Assembly: GCF_009914755.1 (NCBI RefSeq)
Contig: NC_060943.1
Length of the DNA: 64,000 bases
Reading direction: 5' to 3' (one strand)
DNA from: the human T2T-CHM13v2.0 reference genome, Homo sapiens
Position numbers and translations under genes: made by a program. The stretch's first letter is position 1. The number at the start of each line of letters is the position of its first letter. The notes under the pieces are model-generated. The model was not told the DNA's origin, made no database searches, and worked only from the letters and a program-made list of their open reading frames with translations. Positions 41,048 through 62,329 of the stretch are shown one piece after another.

Positions 41048-41329
41048 GTCATTTGAAAACTTCTAATACAGCAAAATCCTATAAATGTAAGTACTTCAAA
41101 AAGCCTCATGCATAGCGGGTCATGTAGTCTCTAGAAAATACATAACCTGATGGAAATGTAGAAGCTATATGTATATTTTGTTAATTAGTGGCTCATATTT
41201 AAAATAGTTCTCTGACTATGGATTTCAAATGCTTAATCTCACAAAGAAATGTTAAATTGATATAATCCTGTAAGTAATCTGAAAGCAATAGTGCATGAAT
41301 TTCATAGGTAGTGTTGTTTTAGGTCAGTA

Positions 41330-42099
<770 letters not shown>

Positions 42100-42586
42100 A
42101 TCTAAAATGGGAGATGCCTTTCATGGATTGTGTCATGTCAATCTGGGTAATGGGAACTAAACTTTTCAGACTTCATTTCTTTCTTTCTTTCTGAAATAGG
42201 GTCTCACTCTGTCACTCAGGCTGGAGTGCAGTGGCACGACTGTGGCTCACTGTAACCTCAAACTCTGGAGCTCAGGTGGCCTTCCGACCTCAGCCTCCCA
42301 AATGGCTGGAACTATAGGTATGTGCCACCAAGCCCAGCTAATCTTTTTATTTTTGGTTTTTCATCTTTTTTTTTTTTTGTAGAGATGGTGTCTTGCTATG
42401 TTGCCCAGACTGGTCTCAAACTCCTGGCCTCAAGTCACCCTCTAGCCTCAGCCTCTTAAAGCACTAGGATTACAGGCATAAGCCACTGTGCCTGGCCCAG
42501 AATTTCTTTCTTTCATGGTTACCTGTAGACTGCATCAATAGCCTAAATTCCTGGAAGTTTAGAATGCAGAAGTGAAGAACGCATTA

Positions 42587-43007
<421 letters not shown>

Positions 43008-44273
43008 CTAATCCACCACTAGCTACTTCACCTCCATGTTCTCAAAGTTATGGATTTCCATAGATGTTTTTAAAAGCTTCATATCAAAGATTCAGCTGCC
43101 ATTTGGATATTCCTGAAGGCCCTAATATATCTGCCAAGTAATCAGTTCATATTGTCATTGTTGGGAATAGTCTGATGATCTGACTTGGTTCCTGTACGGT
43201 CCAGTTTGTACATAAACATTTTTGTCCATAGGGACAGTGAGTGTTACTGATGCAGGTTGAGAGCTACAATGGCACTATCCAAAAACAAAACGAAAAACCC
43301 TACATGGAGCTTGTTCCTCTGCTGCATTATGCAGAGATGGGTCTCACCCCGTTCTTTCATGTGAGAATAAGCACCTTATTCATTATAGAAACATTGTGGG
43401 TGTTTCCTGTTACTCATAGCTGAATGCAGTCCCTCAGTTTATTTTGAATTATGTTTGAGTACATATGATTACAAACAATATACATGTCCTCCTCAAACAA
43501 AAGTTCTCTACACATTTCTTAGAAATATTAACAGTATGCAAGCAACTTGCATACTGTCTGGTGAGTTTTGTATTTATTGAGAATATATATTAAAATATCC
43601 CATTCCAATCATGGATCCGATAAACTTTATAATTAAGCTATTTGTCCAACATTGTGAGTCAATATTACTGTGAGCTTACAACTTCAGGCCTTTTTTTCCT
43701 CATAAATTTTAGTTTTCATGCTTATTTGATTACAACTTTTATGATGATAGTAGTTTTTCATATGCATAATACCAAAAGTCAAATCATGTTGTGAGTGATT
43801 TCTTTCCAAGGACTATCAGGGACGTCCCTGTTGTCAAGCAGGGTGTAATAAATTGTGGTAATAAATACTACCACAGGCCGGGCGCGGTGGCTCACCCTGT
43901 AATCCCAGCATTTTGGGAGGCCAATGCGGGCAGATCACTTGAGGCCAGGAATTGGAGACCAGCCTGGACAACATAGCAACACCCTGTCTCTACTAAAAAT
44001 ACAAAAATTAGCCTGGTGTGGTGGTGCACATCTGTAATCCCAGCTACTTGGGAGTGGAGGTTGCAGTGAGCCAAGCACGCCACTGCACTCCAGCCTGGGC
44101 AACAGAGTGAGACTCTCTCAAAAAATAAAAAAATAATAAATACCACCACAAACCAGTAATGACTGTAAGGTGTATCAATAAGAGGGTATTTAAAAGAATT
44201 TATTGCAGAACTTATGCTGCTTTTTGGTTGCTTGATTCCTATTTAAGGAAGCAAAAAATTTCTCTGTATTTGA

Positions 44274-44532
<259 letters not shown>

Positions 44533-45746
44533 TGACCTCGTGATCCACTGGCCTCGGCCTCCCAAAGTGCTGGGATTACAGGCATGAGCAACCGCGCCCG
44601 GCCCTAGTAATTCTTTTTTTTTTTTCTTTTGTGAGACAGAGTCTTGCTCTGTTGCCCAGGCTGGAGTTCAGTGATGCGATCTTGGCTCACTGCAACCTCC
44701 ACTTCTCTGGTATAAGTGATTCTCCTGCCGCAGCCTCCAGCGACAGTGCCAGACTTCGTCTCAAAAAAAACCCAGAAAACAAAAAGACAAAAACCTTTCA
44801 GAATACTTCCTGAATGATCTGCCAGAGCCTGTTTTACAGCTTTTTTTCTGGAGGCGGAGGGGACATGGTCTTGCTCTGGAGTAGCTTGGATTACAGGTAT
44901 GTGCCACGACACCTGGCTAATTTTTGTATTTTGAGTCGAGACGGGTTTTGCCATGTTGGCCACGCTGGTCTCAAACTCCTAGGCTGAAGTGATCGGCCCA
45001 CCTCGGCCTTCCAAAGTGCTGGGATTACAGGTGTGAGCCACAGCACCCAGCTGAATATACATTTTTCTAAGGAAGATAAACAACTGAGCAAGGGGACCTG
45101 AAAAGATGCTGGACATCATTAAGTAAATGCTAAACAAAAAGGCAAGGAAATACCACTTCAAACCCACTAGGATGGGTAGAATGAAAAAGTGAGATAATAA
45201 CACATGTCAAGGATATGGAGAACTTGGAACCCTCATACACTGCTGGTGAGAATGGAAAATAGAGCAGCCGCTTTGCTTTTTTGTTTGTTTTTTAAATTTT
45301 TCTTTTTTAAGAGATGGGGTTTTGCTCTGTAGCCCAGGCTGTCAAGGCTCACTGCACTCTCAAACTTCTGGATTCAAGAAATCCTCCCATCTCAGCCTCC
45401 TGAGTAGCTGAGAACACAGGTGTGCACCACCATGCCCAATTAATTTTTCTTTTTCTTTTAGAGATGGGGTTTTGCTCTTTTGTCAGGGCTGGTCATGAAC
45501 TTTTGGGCTCAAGCTATCCTCCTGCCTTGGCCTTCCAAAATGCTGGGATTACAGGCATGAGCCACCGTGCCCTGCCAGGAGTTTCTTTTTTGAGGTAATG
45601 AAAATGTTCTAGGCCTGGCGCGGTGGCTCATGCCTGTAATCCTAGCACTTTGGGAGGCTGAGGCGGGCGGATCACGAGGTCAGGAGATCGAGACCATCCT
45701 GGCTAACACGGTGAAACCCGTCTCTACTAAAAAATACAAAAAATTA

Positions 45747-45914
<168 letters not shown>

Positions 45915-47149
45915 CTAGGCCAGGTGCCGTGGCTCATGCCTGTAATCCCAGCAGTTTGGGAGACTGAGGCAGGTGGATCACTTGAGGTCAGGAGTTCAAG
46001 ACCAGCCTGGCCAACATGGTGAAACCCCGTCTCCACTAGAAATACAAAAATCAGCCAAGCACAGTGGCGCGCGCCTATAATCCCAGCTACTCTGGAGGCT
46101 GAGGCAGAAGAATCGCTTGAACACCGGAATCGGAGGCTGTAGTGACCCGAGATCGCGCCATTGCATTCTGCACTCCAGCCTGGGCAACAGAGTGAGACTC
46201 CATCTCAAAAAAAAAAAAAAAAGAAAATGTTCTATAATTGACTGTGGTGATTATCTGTTTGCATCTTTGAATATACTTTACTGAATTGTACACTTAAAAG
46301 GGATGCATTGTGTAGTGTGTTTTATTCTGATATAGCTTTTCAAATAAATATGACTTCAGATTTTTGATTAATCTGTTAAGCATACTAAGAGTTTCCAGAT
46401 ATACCTTAATTTACATCACTTTTTATTGTTCATTTTTGTATCAGTGAAAATAGGGATTCAATTACCTTAGGTATATCATAGTCGTTTACATTTCAAAGTT
46501 CTCTGCGAACACAATCTGTAACCTATTTAAAATAAATTTTCCTGTAGTGTGAAATGTACACTTCAGAGTTTAATTGAACATATCTCACAGCTGTGGTTAG
46601 TCTGATAAGCGTCCTTGCATCCATGCTAGGGATGTGGGGTTCAAAGAGATTGTGTGTAAAAGGCTCTGGAGGCCAAGGGATTCTTTATTTAAAGTAAATG
46701 TGTGGGGATTGGGGAAGGAATGGGTGGAGGTCTCAATGCCGTTAGCCGTCAATGTCAGAATGGAGCTAGACTCATTACACACGGCGAAGTCACTTTTAAA
46801 GTGTCTGTGTTTGTGAACGGAGCTCACAGTTCCACGAGTGCCCTCTAGACTCAGGCCAAGTCCCTGGCCCCCGGAGGAGTCAGACCCTCTTGTTCCAATC
46901 TGGACTTGCCTGGGTGACCCTCTTGCTGTGGATTTGTTCCTTAAAGGGTCACTACATCTGGCAACTGAGGCTGGAATTCGCCGCGCACACTTTTGTCCCC
47001 GCGTTCAGAAACAGCTGCGACAGGATGCCAGAGTCCATCGAGAGGCTGGGAACAAGTTCGGCTTCTACTCAACTGCCCCTCGCTGGGACTGGTTTCCCCC
47101 CGGACTGAAGCAGGGTTTCCCCGGCGACATGACCTTTCGCAGCTCTGTC

Positions 47150-47740
47150 ACTCCATGTGAAGAGGGCGGGGCTTCGTGAACTGTCCAATCAGAGGCGCCA
47201 CGTGGAAGGTGGGTGGGGCAATGCGGCATAAAAGAGGTGGGCGTCGTACGTCGTTACGCAGCGCGGTTGCTGGGCACCTCGACTATCACCTGACCGTAGT
47301 AATATCTCCCGCTACGCGCGTTGTGACCAATGCTGCATACAGGAGATGAGGGAGGACGGCCAGACACCTGGAAGCCGGAAAATGGTGAGTGTGCGGGGCC
47401 GGTGTCCCGAGACCTGAGGAGGGACAGGTTGGAACCGGCCGGAACCGGCTGTGGCGGGACCCGGGGCTCCCCTCGGCGACTCTGGGGTCTGGGACCCGGG
47501 TCCCTCTGGCGCAGCTGGGCCCTCAGTGCCCTCGGCCGCAGAGTGGGGCTGGGCTGGCATCCGGGACCCCGGGCATCCTGTCCCGTTCCTGCGCGACGCC
47601 TGCGGCCCCGGCCTCAGCCTCGGCGCCCTCTCTGGGCAGCTGCACGCCGCAGCCTCGTGTCTCCCCAGATTGCACGGGAGCCCCGGGAGGGTCATGGGGA
47701 GGATTCCGACTCGTGTGTGGGGTTCGTGCGTGGGAGGAGC
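47150..47740 (+). promoter_or_regulatory. CpG island / promoter and exon 1 of the downstream ZNF paralog
   Basis: gggcggggc, tgtccaatcag and cataaaag motifs, CpG-dense. Exon ends GACACCTGGAAGCCGGAAAATG|GTGAGT (ATG 47382-47384, upstream in-frame ATG at 47346). Confidence 0.85.
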
Positions 47741-48339
47741 AGTGTTCTGTGTGATCCTCAGTCCCTCCTTTCTCCATAAAGGTCACCCATCTTCCCTTGA
47801 GGTTTCCAAATGTATGGAAAGCAGGGTGTCAAATCCATAATCCTGTCTCCAGACTATCTCTTCCTGGGGCTGGCAGTAAATTCCTAAGTTTGCGGATCCC
47901 TTCCCGCATTCCCAAAGTCTAACGCCCCCTCTCCAGTTCACAGCGTCATTGTCAATTGTTTGGCCTCTGGTGCATTTCACACGGACGCCGTGTTTCTCAT
48001 TTTTCCGAAGAACCAGGGATGACTCGTTTTAACGGATTTATTTTTTGTTTGCGGATATTTTACATGGGAGGAAGGCAAAGAATACCCACCTGGAATTGTT
48101 ACATAAATCCTTATGACTCTCCTTCCAGTATCTCTCCTGAGCACAGACACACTGCAGGAACTCTTGGGTTGGGGCTCCTCTTTGGAAACTTCCCTGGGTG
48201 ACCTGTCTTTTTTAGCAGTTTCAGGTCGGCACTGCCCGTCCTTGACTTTGTATTCTTGAAAAGATTTGACCACTCACTTGTGTGTCATTTTCTTCATGTA
48301 TCTGAAAGGTATATAATCAATAGCTACTAAAAGTATTAT

Positions 48340-51095
<2,756 letters not shown>

Positions 51096-51293
51096 AAAAG
51101 TATAAAAAATTTTAAAGAGGCAAGAAAGAGGTGAATTTCATAAAAAATAAAACACTTCAGTATTACACTGAAATTGGTGAACATTTTTTTCTTTTTTTCT
51201 TCGCCTTAGGTTGTGTAGTAAGTTTCTGAGGTCTGTTCTTTTTTGTGTGGTGATTTCAAATGGAATTTCAGAGCATAGCCATACAACACCTAG

Positions 51294-51483
<190 letters not shown>

Positions 51484-53707
51484 TAGCTGGGACTACAGGC
51501 GCCACCACTATTCCTGGCTAATTTTTGTATTTTTAGTAGAGTCGGGGTTTCACCATGTTTGCCGGGATGGTCTCCATCTCTTGACCTCATGATCCGCCTG
51601 CCTCAGCCTCCCAAAGTGCTGGGATTACAGGCATGAGCCACCATACCCGGCCCAATAACTGACATTTCATTTTCTGCAAACAATAGACATTTGTGGATTT
51701 CAGGGACTAGGGCTGGTTTGCTAAGGTGCCTTACAATTTTCTTAACACTTTACACATCAATACTTGATTTGAGAGATTTTGCAGAATTCTTCAAACATTG
51801 GGTTTGTCTCAGTTAAAGTATCTGTTTAGGCTGGCTGTGTTGGCTCATGTCTAATCCCAGAACTTTGGGTGGCTCATGAGGCAGGAGGATTGCTTGAGTC
51901 CAAGAGTTCAAAATCAGCTTGGGCAACATGGCAAAATCCTGTCTTTACAATAAAATAAAAATACAATATCAGTGGTGGTCCAAAGTAACATCACTGCCCA
52001 AGCTAAGGCCACCCTTGAGCCTGCCAAGAGCAGTAATTAAAGGCCCTGTTGGTTCTTCTTGGGGAGCCTCCCTGTTCATACCATTAAGCCCTTTATACCA
52101 AGAGAAGCCACAGAGCACTGGAAAGCTGGGGATCCACATGCACATGTTTTGGGTGGAGGGGTTGCTTTCTGAGGTTGTAATTGTGGTTTTCTTGGGCGTG
52201 TTTTTTAGACATGAGGTTTGTTTTGCATTCACAATGTTGCCACATTCAGAGTATAATTCTTACATACTGAGAAAGCATGTGAAGTTCAGGAGTGCTGTCT
52301 CCAGGACACAGGGTTAATGAATTTCGGAGGTTATTTTTGGGCCAGAACCTTAAAGTAAATCCAGCTGAGAGTTTCTTCTGCCCAAGAATTGAAGCCTGGG
52401 AGAGGAAGTATTTTCACACTGCCAGGGGCCAGTTAGGGTGTACGGAGCTCCCAGAGTTCATTCCTGTGGCTACTCAAGTGTCTCTTCCCTTCATCACCAG
52501 GGACTATTCCACTCTAGAAGTTACATGTCAGAGGGAGAGCATGGACCTCAAGCATGTTAAGGTGTTTAACCTCTTGAATGTGGGTTTTCCTTGTGAATTG
52601 TGGGGAAGCAGCCTGCTTATCTGAGCTAATTAGAATATTTATGTTTCCTTTGGATTATTTTATCTGTTGAGCATTGTGGCCCTTCAACTCTGGTTTCCCT
52701 TATTTTATAATTTTATTGCCTGTGTCAGTGTGTAAGATTTTAGTTTCTTTCACTTTGAAAATGAAGGTTGTTAGATATGGTGGGAGTAAGCAAGAAAATT
52801 CTGGAACTAAACAAAATGTTTGTTTCTTGAGGCCAGAGAACCTCAAGATACGAGATGAGTATGTTTAAGTTCTCAGGTACTTTTTTCATTTTTAGATCAG
52901 TTTTTGTATGTGATTGTCCATAAAGAACTTTGAAATTTAAAAGGGTATACAGTTGCTAAGACAAATGACTTCCTGATTCCGTTGGTAAGAGGAAAACACA
53001 GTTGAATTCTTGTTTTAATTGATGTGAGGAAAACTACTAAAGTTTATATAATCTTTGAAACTCCTGCTATATTTAAATTAGGCCCAAATCCATAATGCAT
53101 TTTATTTTATTTATTTATTTATTGAGACAGAGTCTCACTCTGTCGCCCAGGCTGGAGTGTAGTGGCACAATCTCGGCTCACTGCAACCTCCCAGTTCAAG
53201 TGACTCTCCTGCCTCAGCCTCCCCAGTAGCTGGGATTACAGCCGTGTGCCACCACACCCAGCTAATTTTTGTATTTTTAGTAAAGACAGCGTTTCACCAT
53301 GTTGGCCAGGCTGGTCTCAAACCCCTGACCTCAAATGATCTTCCCACCGTGGCCTCCCAAGTTGCTGGGATTACAAGCGTGAATCACCACACCTGGCCCG
53401 GAATCCGTATTTAATGTTTGCTAACAACCTAAGACTCAGCGTTCCCTTTTTCCCTTGTGACCACACCTGGACAAGCTGATGAGTCTAAGGGCTCCCTTCT
53501 CTGTCATAGGCAAGAGATTTAAACCATGTAACTACATGCCCATACAGGGGATCTTGTGCCCAACTCTACCCCAACCACAGTAAACAACCAGGCCAGGCTC
53601 CTTTCTTTGCTCTCTCAGGCCATTTCAGTTATGCTTGATGGGTCTGTCCTGCTCTTCCCAAGATCTCAACAATGTGAGCAATAAGCCTTTTAATACCCCC
53701 TCTGTGA

Positions 53708-53998
<291 letters not shown>

Positions 53999-54101
53999 TA
54001 GTAGAGACGAGGTTTCGCTATGTTAGCCAAGATGGTCTCAATTTCCTGACCTCGTGATCTGTCTGCCTTGGCCTCCCAAAGTGCTGGGATTACAGGCATG
54101 A

Positions 54102-54334
<233 letters not shown>

Positions 54335-55175
54335 TAACCCACTGTCCTGCCTGATGGCCAACATGTCCAGTGAGCTACTGCTGGCTAGAAAGCTGGTGCT
54401 TCGAGTGTGCTGCTCTGTGTTGCATGTTGAGCCCTACCAAGTATGGGTTCTATATTCAACTGACTGAGTCTGCCTTTTTAAAAATAATTCTTTGGCATTT
54501 AAGAGTAGGACTATGCTATTGGACCCCTCCTTCAATTGATGCTGGATCTATCTGTGTGTTTAGAGTGAAGCTGTGCCTGATGCTGGGTTGGCCCGGTGTG
54601 CAGGGTGCCAGGGTGCAGCGGGAGGGTGGACTATATACACCCTGTACAAGAGGTGCTCCTGAAACAGTAGTCATTTAAAGAGGAGAGAGAAAGGGAGGAA
54701 AGGCAGCCATCAGGTGGCGCACTGAGTCCACACCCCAAAAGGCAAAGGGCTCACCAGGACCTTAAGGACCTCTGCTGCTGCTGCTGCTGCTTCAGGTACC
54801 TTTATCACAACAAATATCCTGACCCTGGGGCATAGACGGGACAATATCCATGATTCCCCAGTGGCATAACAAAGGGGTTAGTTTAAACCTGACATAGGCT
54901 AGAGATCCTTAAACCCTATGAAGGAACTATTGCCATGGAGGAGGCCCCTAACTCTGATGACACTGAACTGAGCCTCTCTGGAGGAAAAAAAATTGTAACT
55001 GTCCCATTAGAGAAAGTACCCCTTTTCCTTGAAGTATATCCACTGACCAAAAAGAAAGAAAGAAAAATAAAAACATGGAAGGAAGGGAGGGAGGGATCTC
55101 TTGACCTCTTAAACTCTTAGCCTGGGGAACCTAGTGTGACCCCATGTCTCTCTTTTTTTTTTTTTTAAACAATGC

Positions 55176-55248
55176 TAGTAATAAGAGGGTTTAAACCTCT
55201 GTGGTTTACTGATTTACTCTATTAAAGTAACTTATCATACATATTTTT
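55176..55248 (-). pseudogene. Mitochondrial tRNA-Ile pseudogene (NUMT)
   Basis: Minus strand AAAAATATGTATGATAAGTTACTTTAATAGAGTAAA...AGAGGTTTAAACCCTCTTATTACTA, directly downstream of the ND1 end as in mtDNA. Confidence 0.85.
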
Positions 55249-57075
<1,827 letters not shown>

Positions 57076-57153
57076 TTCTTTGTTTCTTTCTCCTTTTCTT
57101 TCTTTTCTCTTCTCTCTCTCTCTTTTCTCTCTTTCATATCTCTTTCATTTTGA

Positions 57154-57261
<108 letters not shown>

Positions 57262-57808
57262 TAGCTGGGACTACAGGCGTGCACCCCCTCGCCTGGCTAA
57301 TTTTGTATTTTTAGTAGAGACGGGGTTTCTCCATGTTGGTCAGGCTGGTCTCGATCTCTTGACCTTGTGATCTGCCCACCTCAGCCTCCCAGAGTGCTGG
57401 GATTACAGGCATGAGCCACTATGCCTGGCTATAAGAATTTACAAAACAAAAATGTTACGTCTGCTTGGCCTTGGGGCCTGTACAAGATAGATTCTGAATT
57501 AATTTTGACATCTGCTCTAATGCATTAGTTGATAACCCTTTATGGGATTAATCAATACTAGGACTCAAATTATAGTTATACCTGGGTATCCCACTAAATT
57601 TAAGCAAGATACCCCTGATAATCTTATAAGTTACTGAATATAAAGTGGAGCACAAATTAGATATTGCTCACTTTAACCAACAGAATAGTTTTTTTCATGC
57701 CTAAATTCTCAGTTCCTCATTGTCATAGCACTTATTGCCCTAAAATATTCCATAGTGAGAGAAGGTCTGAACCAATGAGTCATGAATTTAAATGGTCTTT
57801 TAAATTAA

Positions 57809-57931
<123 letters not shown>

Positions 57932-58429
57932 TGAGTAGCTGGGATTACAGGCACCCGCCACCACGTTCAGCTAATTTTTGTATTTTTAGTAGAGACAGGG
58001 TTTCACCAGGTTGGTCAGGCTGGTCTCAAACCCCTGGCCTCGTGATCCACCGGCCTCGGCCTCCCAAAGTGCTGGGATTACAGGCATGAGCCACCGCACC
58101 CGGCCTAAACTTCTTTATTTATTTTTATATTTTGTAGAGACAGAATCTCACTATGTTGCCCAGAGTAGTCTTTTTGTTTGTTTGTTTGTTTGTTTGAGAG
58201 AGTGTCTCGCTCTGTCGCCCAGGCTGGAGTGCAGTGGAGCAATCATGGCTCGCTGCAGCCTTGACCTCCTGGGCTCAAGCAATCCTACCGTCTCAGCCTC
58301 CCAAGTAGCTGGGACTACAAGCACGCACCACCATGCCCAACTCACTTTTATATATTTTGTAGAGACAGAATTTTGCCATGTTGCCCAGGCTGACAAGTGG
58401 GCATTTCTTTTTTTCTTCTTTTTTTTTTT

Positions 58430-58885
58430 TTTTAAAAATAACTTTTATTTTAGGTTTGGGGGTACATGTGAAGGTTTGTTACATTGGTGAACTTGTGTCA
58501 TGGGGGTTTGTTGTACAGATTATTTCATCACCCAGATACTAAGCCCAGTATCCAATAGTTATGTTTTCTGCTCCTCTCCCTCCTCCCACCTTCCACTGTC
58601 AAGTAGACCCCATTGTGTGTTGTTTCCTTCTTTGTGTTCATCAGTTCTCATCATTTAGCTCCCTCTTATAAGTGAGAACGTGCAGTATTTGGTTTTCTGT
58701 TCCTGCATTAGTTTGCTAAGGATAATAGCCTCCAGCTCCATTCATGTTCCTGCAAAAGACATGATCTCATTCTTTTTTTATAGTTGCATAGTATTCCATG
58801 GTGTATGTGTACCACATTTTCTTTGTCCAATCTGTCATTGATGGGCATTTAGGTTGATTCCATGTCTGTGCTATTGTGAATAGTG
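58430..58885 (-). mobile_element. L1PA-type 3' end fragment
   Basis: ggggtacatgtgaaggtttgttac...ataagtgagaacgtgcagtatttggttttctgttcctgc. Confidence 0.85.
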
Positions 58886-59575
58886 CAAGCTGGCATTTCT
58901 AAAGGTAAGCAGTCTTAGGAGTGTTATATGAACTTCTGTCTGCACACTAGGTAGTAGGACTTTGTGATGACAAGGTCTGCAGGTGCATTGTAGGAGAGGA
59001 CTTGGGTGCTTCCAGTTTTTCATTGTGTGTGTTTTGTTTTTGTTTTTTTTTTTGCTTTGTTTTTGTTTTTTTGTTTGTTTTGTGACAGGGTCTTACTGTG
59101 TTGCCCAGGCTGCTCTCAAACTCGTGGCTCTAGTGATTCTCTGCCTCAGCCTCCTGAGTAGTCACTGTTTTTATTCATTAAAATCTTGTCTAGATTCAAC
59201 TGTTTGCTTCATAGACTGTTATGTGATATGGTAGGTAATATGAGAAGAGAGAAAAGAGTTTTTCTCACAAGGTGCTGAAGCATCTTATTGCTTCTTTAGT
59301 GTACCATTTCTGTCATTTCACCAAGGTGCCTTCTACCCTGTCATTAGCAGTAAGATGTGAAGTGATCACAGCAAAAATGTAGAAATAATTTCCATGTCTC
59401 CATGATGCTGGTGAATTTATGAGTGGCTGTGGGCAGAGAATGTCTTCTGATGACATAGTAATAAAATAAATATTTTGGGATCACAGAGTCATGTGATTAT
59501 CTTACAAATTGATTATAGATCCCCAGCCCTGTCAGTCTCACCCATTTTCCTCTACACATATGTGGGATGTTTTAG

Positions 59576-59794
<219 letters not shown>

Positions 59795-59891
59795 TAAACC
59801 AAGCATGGTGACAGCTAATTAGATCTAGAATCTAATAGTTTTTCTATAATTAATAATGATTTCCAATGATTTTTCTGGGTCTGCATCATAG

Positions 59892-59952
59892 GGAAAAAAT
59901 GTGAAGAGCATAACATTGAAGATCAGTCCAAAAACCAAGAAAGAAGTCTAAG
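59892..59952 (+). CDS. Exon 3 of the downstream paralog
   Basis: tag|GKKCEEHNIEDQSKNQERSLR, 61 nt, donor AG|gtgagt. Confidence 0.55.
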
Positions 59953-60434
59953 GTGAGTGGCACTAATAAGAGTTCCATGAGAGAGACTTAGTGTGTCATG
60001 AAGTTTTAAAAACAAGCAAAGAAAACAAATAAGCCCACCTTCAAATGTGGCTTATTCTTGGAAAATTTTTACCCAAAGTGTTTACTTAAATATGACATAG
60101 ATATTCAGTGTTTGAAAAGTAGTTCATTTGATAGCAATATTAAGAAACTCCATTTATGAATATTACTGTTTTGATATTACCTGTGGTTGAGCCCTCTTCC
60201 AGAACATTCAGTCTATTCATCTTCAAACAATTCAGGCAGGACTGAAGTTTTAATTTCTGAAAATGGTAAAAAATGTAATTCCTTTACCTATTAATAAATA
60301 TAAAATCTTTACTAAAGAAATCATTATCATTTCTTACAAAAGTCATGTATTGTAGACAGACTGTGTGTGAAAATAGATGGATTAGCTAATCAAAGTGAAG
60401 AAAACTTCAGCCAGATCTAAATTTTAATCTGAGT

Positions 60435-61466
60435 ATGAAAACTCCTCCTGGAGTAAATCCATGTGAATGCAGTGTGTGTGGAAAAGTCTTCATTTGTCAT
60501 TCATCCCTTAATAGGCACATCAGATCTCACACTGGACACAAACCATATGAGTGTCAAGATTATGGAGAAAAGCCGTATAGATGTAAGGAATGTGGGAAGG
60601 CCTTCAGTTATTTCCAGTCATTTAAAAAACATGAAAGAAATCACAGTGAAGAGAAACCCTATAAATGTAAACAATGTGGGAAACCCTTCAGTTATCGTCA
60701 ATCTGTTCTTAGACATGAAAGGACTCACACTGGAGAAAAGCCCTATGAATGTAAAAAATGTGGAAAAACCTTCAGTACTCTTACAGGTTTCCAAATACAT
60801 GAAAGAACTCACACTAGAGAGAAACCCTATGAATGTAAGGAATGTGGAAAAGCCTTTATTTACCTTGCAAGCTTTCAAAGACACATGATAATGCACAGTG
60901 GAGATGGACCTTATAAATGCGAGGAGTGTGGAAAAGCATTCAGTTGTCCTAGTTCATTTCAAGTACCTGAACGAATTCACACTAGAGAAAAACCATATGA
61001 ATGTAAACAATGTGGTAAAGCCTTCAGTTGGCTTGGTTCCTTTCGAGTACATGAAAGAACTCACACTGGAGAGAAACCCTGTGAATGTAACGAATGTGGG
61101 AAAGCCTTCATTTATCGAACTACGTTAAAAGGACACATGAATATTCACACTGGAGAGAAACCTTATAAATGTGAACAATGTGAGAAAGCCTTCCTTTCTC
61201 TTGCAAGCTTTCAAATGCACATGATAATGCATACTGGAGATGCACCTTATAAATGTAACGAATGTGGGAAAGCATTCAATTGTCTTAATTCATTTCAAAT
61301 CCATGAAAGGACTCACACTGGAGAGAAACCGTATGAATGTAAACAATGTGGTAAAGCCTTCAGTTGTTCCAGTTCCTTTAGAATACATGAAAGAAGTCAT
61401 AGTGGAGAGAAACCCCACGTATGTAAACGATGTGGTAAAGCCTTCATTTGGCACAATTCCTTTTGA
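60435..61466 (+). pseudogene. Zinc-finger array of the downstream paralog (343-codon open stretch, 10 intact fingers)
   Basis: Supplied ORF with C2H2 repeats. Disconnected from KRAB by the acceptor loss and upstream stops, and ends mid-finger at TGA. Confidence 0.85.
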
Positions 61467-61680
<214 letters not shown>

Positions 61681-62329
61681 TAAAGTGGGAGTTTTCAACT
61701 TGCCCACCTCCTTACAAAAACATGCAATAAGAATGTGCTAGATATAAAGCTTACAAATGTGAGAAATACAGGAAGTTTTTCAGTTTTAACAAATACTGTC
61801 AAAGTCATGTGAAAATTCTCACTAGAAAGAAATCCAATAAAGGCAAGTTGAGGCATACCTGTTTGTTATTCAGGAATTTGCTATAAGGTTATACTGGGGG
61901 AGGGGGTGCCATGTTTAAATTCAATGGTATCTTAAGGTAAAACTGTAATTTAAGCCCCAGTATTGATTAAGGACATGGAAATTTGCCAACTGATGCATTT
62001 CAACGGATGTTGAAGTTAATTCGGAGCCTGTTTTGTAGAGGTGTGAAACCCAGTCAGCACCCATTTATTTTTTTGCTGTTATTTTAATAAACTTTGGATT
62101 TCTAATTTGATCAAATTATGGACCTTTGTCTCAATTTTTTTCTTTTTTCTTTTGGTGATTGCAGGGTGAGGGAGAGGGGTGTTCTGTGTACCCTACTTAT
62201 ATTTATATCCTTCATTCTCTAGAGAGCCTCAAGTCAGTGTCATCATGGTTATGGGCCTCCCTCATGGCAGTGGTTGCTTTAGAGGGTTTCAGGACTGTGG
62301 GCTTAAGTCTGATTTAAATTAAGGGTATC

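Noticed and set aside
54773-54791. (CTG)6 repeat
   Set aside because: Short, intronic and within ERV sequence, so unremarkable.
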